From assembly GCF_006345805.1 (NCBI RefSeq), contig NC_043000.1, positions 124,496,001 through 124,560,000 on the forward strand: a DNA stretch of 64,000 bases, written 5' to 3'. The DNA is from Octopus sinensis (lineage: Eukaryota). This document shows, one piece after another, positions 39,405-48,842 of this stretch. Under the pieces are notes generated by a model, which was not told the origin of the DNA, did not search any database, and worked only from the letters and a program-made list of their open reading frames with translations. Numbering within the stretch: the first letter of the stretch is position 1; every line of letters begins with the position of its first letter. The position numbers were made by a program, and so were the translations under genes.

Positions 39405-39497
39405 TATTTCATTCTACACGTGTTTCGAAAGGCACAATTTACCAAATTCCGATTGAATAATGAGACCATATTGTGTCTTTCTCTTCAGGAAGAAATA
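39405..39497 (-). ncRNA. Type I hammerhead ribozyme motif (left arm, minus strand)
   Basis: Reverse complement of 39648-39740. Confidence 0.75.
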
Positions 39498-39647
39498 GGA
39501 AATCTGTTGGAAAAAACAAAAACAGAACAGAGGCGGAGCAAAACAAATCGAACGAGGCTCCTAAGAGCCCATGGCCAAACTTAGGAGCCTCGTTCGATTT
39601 GTTTTGCTCCGCCTCTGTTCTGTTTTTGTTTTTTCCAACGGATTTCC

Positions 39648-39740
39648 TATTTCTTCCTGAAGAGAAAGACACAATATGGTCTCATTATTCAATCGGAATT
39701 TGGTAAATTGTGCCTTTCGAAACACGTGTAGAATGAAATA
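39648..39740 (+). ncRNA. Type I hammerhead ribozyme motif with an intact catalytic core
   Basis: Stem I TATTTCTTC / GAA(T)GAAATA; CTGAAGA at 39657-39663; stem II GAAAGACACAAT / ATTGTGCCTTTC; GAAAC at 39719-39723; palindromic stem III ACACGTGT; GUA cleavage triplet at 39728-39730. Confidence 0.8.
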
Positions 39741-39792
39741 AAACGATTTCTGTTCAATCTTCGTTCAACTCCATTTCTTCAATTCACTAATA

Positions 39793-39872
<80 letters not shown>

Positions 39873-39899
39873 CATATACATGAACACTTTCTTCATATG

Positions 39900-40240
39900 C
39901 ATCATCATCATCATTGTTTGACCGTTGTCGAGACAATGGAATTTACCATGCTACGCCAGACTTCACGGTCCATCATGGCATTATGGAGGTCCTGTTGCTG
40001 GATGCCTGTATCCCTGGAGATTACATCTGGTATTGTGAGCAGATGGCTTCCAGAGGAGAAGAGTAGAAATTACCTCTTTTTCAGCTCTACAACAATGTCC
40101 AGCAAACTGGACTCTCCTACCTTTCACAAGAGATGACACAGGTGGTAGTTTCCCCATATATTTGCATTTTGGTTGGATGACTCTTCCACAAGAGATTTTG
40201 AGCTCTCATAAGGAGGCGAGTGTAGGTTCCATCCAACCGC
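39900..40240 (-). mobile_element. RTE LINE 3' end
   Basis: IYGKLPPVSSLVKGRRVQFAGHCCR...AMMDREVWRSMVNSI followed by a (GAT)n tail. The same end occurs at about 9720-9797(+). Confidence 0.75.
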
Positions 40241-40312
40241 CTCTCAAGCTTCTTTGATATGCATATGTACATAAATAAATACATAAGCAAACAAATAAAA
40301 ATATGAATATGA

Positions 40313-40486
40313 ATAGGAGTAGGAGTGGCTGTGTGGTAAGTAGCTTGCTTATGAACCGCATGGTTCCGGGTTCAGTCTCACTGTGTGGCACCTTGGGTAA
40401 TTGTCTTCGACTATAGCCTCGGGCCGACCAAAGCCTTGTGAGTGGATTTGGTAGACAGAAACTGAAAGAAGCCCATTGTATATATG

Positions 40487-40521
<35 letters not shown>

Positions 40522-40714
40522 TTGTTCCCCCAACATCGCTTGGCAACCGATGCTGGTGTGTTTACATCCCTGTAACTTAGCAGTTCGGCAAAAGAGACCG
40601 ATAGAATAAGTTCTAGGCTTACAAAGAATAAGTGCTGGGGTTTGATTTGTTCGACTAAAGGCGGTGCCCCAGCATGGCCACAGTCATATGACTGAAACAA
40701 GTAAAAGAGTAAAG
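40313..40714 (+). mobile_element. SINE family A, full length
   Basis: Head, core and tail present. Further full or near-full copies at 36510-36895(+), 44017-44438(+), 44922-45408(-), 47513-47927(+), 49017-49380(+), 58623-59052(+), 60164-60575(+). Confidence 0.85.
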
Positions 40715-40947
40715 AAGACAGCAAAAATGAAGGAATGGATGTAGAGAGTTAAAACTGCCGGGATGAAAAGAAAGGAGGTTCTTTTCAGAGGTGGAGGAGA
40801 TAACTTATTGTTATGTATGTTGCACTGAATGACATTCATATAAACAATTAATTATTAAGACAAACAATTAATTAATAACATGATGTCACTTCTTACAGGT
40901 CTGGTCTTGTTTTTCAAATAAATATGATCATTCATTTGTATATGCTG

Positions 40948-41056
<109 letters not shown>

Positions 41057-41299
41057 TATATAGTCATATACACAATATAGTTACTAAAACACAAGTGTAT
41101 ATGTAAGTATGTCCTTTCTATTTTTTTAGTTATTATAAAATAGAAGCGACATACATACATTCATATGTATGTATGTATGTATGTATGTATGTTTGTATGT
41201 ATGTATGTATGTATATATGTATGTATGTATGCATGTATGCATGCATGCATGCATTTATGTATGTATGTATGTATGTGTGTGTGTGTATGTGTGTATATG

Positions 41300-41977
41300 T
41301 CATTGTTCAGTTTTATTTCAAGATTTCTTACCGATAGAGAAAGAGCTAGTTTCTAACCTAGATTCAAGGATCCTTCATTGAAATTACAACATCAACAATA
41401 GGGTATTTTTGTATGTATGTATGTATGTATGTATGTATGTATGTATGTATGTATGTATGCATGCATGTATGTATGTATGCATGTATGCATGTATGTATGT
41501 GTGCAGATTTGTATTCTTTTGCTTTATGTATATATTCTCATGCATATAGTTGCATGTCTAGATATGCTCATATACATTTAGATGCAAAACTTCTGGAAAG
41601 TTTTACAGATTTTTACAGTTCCAGTGATGGATTGGATCTGTAGTCTTCAAATTAGCTTTCACCTTTCTAGTTTTGAGAAGCCTAATTTCTCAAGATTGGT
41701 ATATAGGTAGTATGTTACATATCCCAGGGCCTCAATAATTACAGGTATAAACCTGAACTTATAATCTGGATAGAGTAACTGCAGATTTCTCAATAGTTCA
41801 TCATAGGTGTTCCCTTTTTCACTTATCTTCAGTTTTATGTTAACATCCACTGGGCAGCTTATTTCCACAACTGTGCACAGTTTCTCTTCTCAATCCTAAA
41901 TTATTATATTAGGTCTTTTGGGCTTACATTTTATTGAGGTCTTCACTGGGACATTCCGCCAGTACTCCTTTTTATTG
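41300..41977 (-). mobile_element. 5'-truncated RLE-type (R4/Dong-like) non-LTR retrotransposon: endonuclease domain plus 3' UTR
   Basis: KEYWRNVPVKTSIKCKPKRPNIII*D*EEKLCTVVEISCPVDVNIKLKISEKGNTYDELL...FIPVIIEALGYV...LQIQSITGTVKICKTFQKFCI* (41976-41578) fits the RPD..E..K..KY restriction-like endonuclease pattern. Both flanks are (CATA)n/(CA)n. Confidence 0.85.
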
Positions 41978-43150
41978 TATGTATGTATGTGTGCATGTAT
42001 GTATGAATGTATATGAATACACACATGTATGTATATGTATGTATATATGTATGTGGGTGTGTCATCATCATCATTGTCATTGTCGTCATCATTATCGTTT
42101 AACACCTGTTTTCCATGCTGGCATAGGTTGGATGGTTTGACTGAGGTTTGGAGAGCCAGCGGCTGCACCAAGGCTTCAGTCTGCCCTTCCTAACATCAAC
42201 CACTCCGAGAGTGTAGTGGGTGCTTTTTACGTTCCACTGGTACATGAGCCAGTCAGGCAGACCTGGCATCAATCACGTTCAAATAGTGCTTTTTACATGC
42301 CATCAGTACAAGAGCCAGTTAGGGGACACTGGCATTGGCCATGTTTGGATGATGCTTTTTATGTGCCACCAACATGGGAGCCAGTCAAGAGGCACTAGCA
42401 TCGACCTTGTTCAGATAGTGCTTTTTACGTGCCACCTGCACAGGAGCCACATACAAACACATACACCCTACCTCTCTACTGTGCTGTGCATAGATGAACA
42501 CCATTCACCACTTGTCTCCAGAATTCCTTCCCCCTGCATTGCTCTTGGCTGGTTGCTCTTCAATAGACCAAAGTCTTCATTCAACCAATTGGTCTATAAA
42601 TGTCCTGACTGAACAACCCAGGTCGCTTTCCATGTGTTGGTTTTCACATCAGCATTTGAACTACTTTGCCCTTGCTACAAAAGCAGTGTCCACATAATTT
42701 CAGTCTGCTTTCTTTTATGGTGGAGTGGGCGATGATGGGTGGGAGTGAGTAGGGAAAGTCGCCTTATATGTATGTGTGTATGTATGTGTACATGTGTGTA
42801 TGTATGTGTGCATATGTGTGCTTGTGTATGAACTGTAATGCTATATGCTAATGATACAGGGTCCCTGAATGCAGATAACCAGTGAAGATTAGAAAGAAAT
42901 GAAGTGAGTGTGCTTCACCAGATGTGCCTGAAAAAAGGAATACAGACATTTTGGTTTCAAATTGTGGCACAAGTCCAGCAACTTTGAGGGAGGGGGCTAA
43001 GTCAATTACATTGACCCCAGTATTCAACTGGTACTTATTTTATCAACCTCAAAAGGATGAAAGGCAAAGTCAACCTTGGTGGCGTTTGAATTCCAAAATT
43101 AAAGACAGATGAAATGCCACTAGGTATTTTACCCAGCATGCTAACAATTC

Positions 43151-43385
43151 TTATTTCTTTACTGCCCACAAGGGGCTAAACTTAGAGGGGACAAACAAGG
43201 ACAGATGAAAGGGATTAAGTCGATTACATTGACCCCAGTGCATAACTGGTACTTAATTTATTGACCCCAAAAGGATGAAAGGCAAAGTTGACCTCATTGG
43301 AATTTGAACTCAGAATGTAATGGCAGACGAAATACCGCTAAGTATTTTGCCCGGTGTGCTAACATTTGTGCCAGCTTGCCGCCTT
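43151..43385 (-). mobile_element. SINE family B, full length, 3' partner of the U6 chimera
   Basis: Complete head to tail. Nested in the head of an older family B copy (about 42950-43150 plus 43494-43517). Confidence 0.85.
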
Positions 43386-43493
43386 AAAATATATGGAACG
43401 CTTCATGAATTTGTGTGTCATCCTTGCGCAGAGGCCATGCTAATCTTCTCTGCATCGTTCCAATTTTAGAATATGTACCACTGTAGCTAGTAC
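43386..43493 (-). pseudogene. U6: Full-length U6 snRNA retrocopy
   Basis: Minus strand GTACTAGCTACAGTGGTACATATTCTAAAATTGGAACGATGCAGAGAAGATTAGCATGGCCTCTGCGCAAGGATGACACACAAATTCATGAAGCGTTCCATATATTTT aligns end to end with U6. The ACAGAGA box is mutated to GCAGAGA and the upstream flank is SINE sequence. Confidence 0.93.
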
Positions 43494-43519
43494 TTACAAT
43501 TCTGCCATCTCACCACCCT

Positions 43520-43900
43520 AAGGAATACAGGCATATTGAGAGAAAGGCAGCATGAAAGTAATCAGATGTAATGTGCAAGAGATAAGACTGAGTTGGTATG
43601 GGTATGTGATGTGTATGAATGAGGATATCTGTATAAAGAAGTACTGAATGCTTCCAGTGGCTGGAACGTGTGAAAGAGGGAAATCCAAGATGATGTGAGA
43701 TGAAATGGTGAAGTCTGATCTAAGGATGATGAACCTCACAGAGGGTATGACAAAAGAGAACCTCACAGAGGGAATGTCAAAAGAACATGACAATTGGTGA
43801 TTTGCTGTGCTGGAAAAGAACTACCAACCTGTGCAAGCATGATGGAACCGATGTTAAAAATGGTGGTTGTGATGGAGGCTAGACACAAATGTATGCACTC
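43520..43900 (+). mobile_element. Decayed RTE LINE C-terminal fragment
   Basis: IRCNVQEIRLSWYGYVMCMNEDICIKKY*..VAGTCERGKSKMM*DEMVKSDLRMMNLTEGMTK matches the RTE RLRW.GHV...RGRPRK.W pattern. Confidence 0.7.
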
Positions 43901-45142
43901 AACTAGATCCATCACCCAATATGTTCCTATCAAGTCTACATCTTCCTCTCTTATATCTCTATCCATCATCCCTTCATGACTCTTCTATCCATCATCCCTT
44001 CATCACTCTTCTATACAGGCATAGGAGTGGCTGTGTGGTAAGTAGCTTGCTTACAAACCATATGGTCCCGGGTTCAGTCCCACTGCATGGCACCTTGGGC
44101 AAGTATCTTGTACTATAGCATTGGGCCAACCAAAGCCTTGTGAGTGGAGTTGGTAGTCAGAAACTGAAAGAATCCCATCGTATATATGTATATATATATA
44201 TATGTATGTGTGCATGTATATGTTTGTGTGTCTGTGTTTGTCCCCCCAACATTGCTTGACAACCGATGCTGGTGTGTTTACGTCCCTGTAACTTGGCAGT
44301 TCAGCAAAAGAGACCAATAGAATAAGTACTAGGTTTACAAAGAATAAGTCCTGGGGCCGATTTGCTTGACTAAAGGCAGTGCTCGAGCATGGCTACAGTC
44401 AAATGACTAAAACAAGTAAAAGAGTAAAGAGTAAAGAGAGTACTGTAATCTGTCACAGTAATTAATGAAAGCAAAACCCGATTACTGCATAATCATTACC
44501 CTTTCTGTACTGTCAGTTGTTAGGTACTCTTCCTTGAACCACTAGTGCAGCTGGGTGGTAGAGTAGGGGTGGTCCGTCCCGGGTGGCACTTTTAAAGGGG
44601 TGGAACTTTTCATCCTGTTGTAGGCTATTGCTGTAGGCAATATGTGTTTTTTGTGGGGTCCTGGGGTGGCAAACAGAAGGGCCACCCCAAGTGGCACACA
44701 CTCTAACCATGCTACTGCTTGAACCACTTTCTCTTGACACCCATCTCTCATTCTTACCATTGACTCTTATTTACCATCCATCACCCTAACTTATGTAGAT
44801 TACATTTTTCTCCTATTTACCTCTGATCACTTCCATCCCTGTTTCCATTCATCACTCCCCACTCAACACACACCCTTGCAACCTTTACCCTCCTTTTCTG
44901 ATACTTTTATATTCTCTCTCTCTCTTTTACTCTTTTACTTGTTTCAGTCATTTGACTGCGGTCATGTTTGAGCACCGCCTTTAGTCGAGCAAATCAACCC
45001 CAGGACTTATTCTTTGTAAGCCTAGTACTTATTCTATCGGTCTCTTTTGCCGAACCGCTAAGTTATGGGGATGTAAACACACCAGCATCGGTTGTCAAGT
45101 GATGTTGGGGCGACAAACACAGACACACAAGCATATACACAC

Positions 45143-45173
<31 letters not shown>

Positions 45174-45727
45174 TATATATAATATATATATATATATATT
45201 ATATATATATATATATATATACATATATATATACACATATATACAATAGGCTTCTTTTTCAGTTTCCGTCTACCAAATCCTCTTACAAGGTTTTGGTTGG
45301 CCTGATGCAATAGTAGAAGACACTTGCCCAAGGTGCCACGCAGTGGGTCTGAACCCAGAACCATGTGGTTCGTAAGCAAGCTACTTACCACACAGCCACT
45401 CCGACGCCAAAGAATCTTTACAGTTCACCTTCTTGAAAGTTACCTTGAGGCTTTACTCACCATCTACCTCCCCCTCTTTCACCCACCACTTCACCCACAC
45501 ACATATAAAGCAGGGTAACTCTGAGTCTCCTATCACTCTCAAACCTCATATTTCACTATTTATGACTGCAGCACACTTTTTGCTGTTGCCTCCTCCTTTC
45601 ACTTCTTTTACCGATTTTAGCCATTGGACTGCAATCACACTGGGCCACCACCTTCAAAGGTTTAAGTTGATTATGTTGAATCAGTGTTTTGTCTTGTGTT
45701 GTTTTTCATAAAAGACAAAAGATGGAT

Positions 45728-46280
45728 CTCACAGATTTTTAAAATTATTATTTTTTAACTAAACAGTTTGAAACTTCATATACTGGTGTAATTTCTCATG
45801 CTGAACATAGTTTACTTTCAATATTTTTGACAAAATTTTGTATTTTAGAAGTTATTTCGAGTTAAAGTTGTTGTATTTGGGTAATTTTAACCAATCAATA
45901 ACATGTATTCAGCTGAACAAACCTACTGCTGTTTGTGATAGTAATCAAAGAGCAACATCTTCTGGGTCATGTCTAATAAATGTATTTTTCAACTACACGT
46001 GGATTATTTGGTGTGTTTGAAAAATACATTTAGTAAAGATGACCCGGAAGTTGTTGCTCTTCAATTACTATCGCAAACAGCAGTAGGTCTCTTCAGCTGA
46101 ATACACATCACTGATTGGTTAAAATTACCCAAATACCACAACTTTAACATGAAATAACTTCGAAGATATGAAATTTTGTCAAAAATGTTGAAAGTAAACC
46201 GTGTTCAGTGTGAGAAATTACACCAGTATATAAAGTTTCAAACTATTTAGTTAAAAAAAAAATAATTAAAAATCTGTGAG
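45728..46280. mobile_element. Diverged fold-back MITE (about 265-bp inverted arms)
   Basis: CTCACAGATTTTT... and ...AAAAATCTGTGAG; complementarity continues with scattered mismatches to a short spacer near 45990-46020. TSD not resolved. Confidence 0.8.
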
Positions 46281-47682
46281 CTAAACTGAAGAGATCCCAA
46301 AAGACAAACTAATCATGGTGTCAAGGGACATAACTGTTATGAAAATCTATACCGAACCTATTTTTGTTCAGCCCCTCTGATACACCCCCACCCCACACAT
46401 CCAACAACATCCTAAGAGTTTGTCCCTGACAAATTTCACTCATAAGGCTTTATTTGAGTCTACCAAGCTTGATTCAATGCATTTATCAGCTTTTACTTTT
46501 GTTTATGCTAATAGTTTTTGATGATGTGGTGGTATTCAAGCTGAGTTTTACACAGAGAAGAAAGAAGAGAGACAGAGAGGCGGGGAGGGAGAGGGGAGAG
46601 TTATATAACAATGTACTATAGAAGGGAAATGTGACTGACACTTAGGGTTCACATGGTTGGATTTGGTAGATGTAAAAACAAATGGCGAGCTGGCAGAAAC
46701 GTTAGCGAGCTGGACAAAATGCTTAGAGGTATTTCGTCTGCCATTACGTTCTGAGTTCAAATTCCGCTGAGGTCGACTTTGCCTTTCATCCTTTCGGGGT
46801 CGATAAATTAAGTACCAGTTGCACACTGGAGTCGATATAATCGACTTAATTCCTTTGTCTGTCCTTGTTTGCCCTCTCTATGTTTAGCCCCTTGTGGGCA
46901 ATAAAGAAATAAGATGTAAAAACATGCAGATAGGTAGGTAAATTGTGGTTTGTTTTGTCTCAGATCAACACTAACTGAGCAGGTCTATGATCGAAGGTGT
47001 CCCAGCCATAGCCATCTCATCTGCTTGTTTATCAGAGACTAAAATGCCCAAAGTAACATTCCATATTTAAGATTTGTGAATGTGACATGAAAGAGATTTG
47101 GTTACTATTACTAGCAGGTTGAATAGCCATGTACTGCACTGCTTGTTGTTGGTTTGGATAGTTAGACAGGTTTAGATAGGTGGGTAGGGAGGTAAATAGA
47201 TAGGCAGGCAGACAGGCATGTAGGAAGGCAGGTAGGGGGCAAATAGATAGACAGATACATAAATAGATAGGTAGATACACACACACGCACACGCATGCAT
47301 ATACACACACTGGTTGAAAGATAGGTAGACAGATACAGATAGACAGATAGAAAGATAGTCAGAGAGACAGAAAGATAGATAGATGGATAAAGAGACAGGC
47401 AAACAGACAGGAAGTCAGCCAGATAGACCGACAGATAGATAGACATAAAGCAGGCAGGTAGGTAGTAGATGAACAGACAGATAGGTATATATATATATAT
47501 ATATACATATAGGGGCAGGAGTGGCTGTGTGGTAAGTAGCTTGCTAACCAACCACATGGTTCTGGGTTCAGTCCCACTGCGTGGCACCTTGGGCAAGTGT
47601 CTTCTGCTATAGCCCCGGGCCGACCAATGCCTTGTGAGTGGATTTGGTAGACGGAAACTGAAAGAAGCCTGTCGTATATATG

Positions 47683-47715
<33 letters not shown>

Positions 47716-47939
47716 TTGTGTGTCTGTGTTTGTCCCCCTAGCATTGCTTGACAACCGATGCTGGTGTGTTTACGTCCCCGTCACTTAGTGGTTCGGCAAA
47801 AGAGACCGATAGAATAAGTACTGGGCTTACAAAGAGTAAGTCCTGGAGTTGAGTTGCTCGACTAAAGGCGGTGCTCCAGCATGGCCGCAGTCGAATGACT
47901 GAAACAAGTAAAAGAGAGTAAAAGAGAATATATATATAT

Positions 47940-47980
<41 letters not shown>

Positions 47981-48469
47981 GATCGTTTAACATCTGCTTT
48001 CCATGCTAGCATGGGTTAGACGATTTGACTGAGGTCTGGTGAACCAGATGGCTGCACCAGGCTCCAATCTGATATGGCAGAGTTTCTACAGCTGGATGCC
48101 TTTCCTAACGCCAGCCACTCCAAAAGTGTAGTGGGTGTAGTCAGGTGGTACTGGCAATGGCCACGCTCAAATGGTGTTTTTTACATTCCACCTGTACAGG
48201 AGCCAGTCCAGCAGCATTGGCAATGACCTTGCTCGAATGTTTTGTCACATGCCACCGGCACAAGTGCCAGTAAGGCAATGCTGGTAATGATTGCATTTGG
48301 ATGGTGCTTTTTACATACCACCAGCATGGAAGCCAGTTTGTTGCTCTGGCAACAATCATGCTCAGATGGTGCTCATACTGCTCCACTAGCACAGACGCCA
48401 GTCATCGAATTTGATTTTGATTTCACTTGCCTCAGCAGGTCTTCGCAAGCAGAGTTTAGTGTCCAATGA

Positions 48470-48531
48470 TTTCACTGAAGATCCATGGATAATTGTGTAA
48501 TTAATTAATGGTGAAACTTCGAAGTATGGAA
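48470..48531 (+). ncRNA. Solo type I hammerhead ribozyme motif
   Basis: Stem I TTTCA / TGGAA; CTGAAGA at 48475-48481; stem II CCAT / ATGG closed by a U-U instead of G-C; GAAAC at 48513-48517; palindromic stem III ACTTCGAAGT; GUA triplet at 48524-48526. Confidence 0.65.
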
Positions 48532-48770
48532 CTGACTGGCCCTTTTATATATTTTGATAGTGTCTTGCACAAATATATCGAACACGCCATTAAATGAGAA
48601 TGCACTTTTCGTGTTTAGATGATTTGGTATCTACTTTCAGCACGTAAGGAAACCACTTGGTGGTTTTCCTCTTATATTTGAATATAATTTGCAGTCCTTG
48701 GACTTTTTTTTATGCATGTTGGCCACTGGTATAAATTGTTATTTTTCAATAATAATTTTTACCCTCAATA

Positions 48771-48842
<72 letters not shown>

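Larger units (their letters stand above)
39349..39796. mobile_element. Near-perfect inverted-repeat element (217-bp arms, 14-nt loop), Penelope pLTR-like
   Basis: Arms 39349-39565 and 39580-39796; two mismatches seen; (TA)n immediately to the right and about 150 bp to the left. Confidence 0.9.

Noticed and set aside
39439-39706. Twin 77-aa ORFs on opposite strands
   Set aside because: Mirror images created by the palindrome; the same applies to 29316-29517.
43386-43493. U6 as a functional snRNA gene
   Set aside because: ACAGAGA box and 5' stem mutated, upstream flank is SINE rather than a promoter, and the unit is flanked by a TSD.
44540-44720. Possible hAT-type MITE
   Set aside because: TIRs too degenerate and no TSD could be verified.
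46286-46315. CTGAAGAGATCCCAAAAGACAAAC as a hammerhead
   Set aside because: G12 is missing and no stem I pairing is present.
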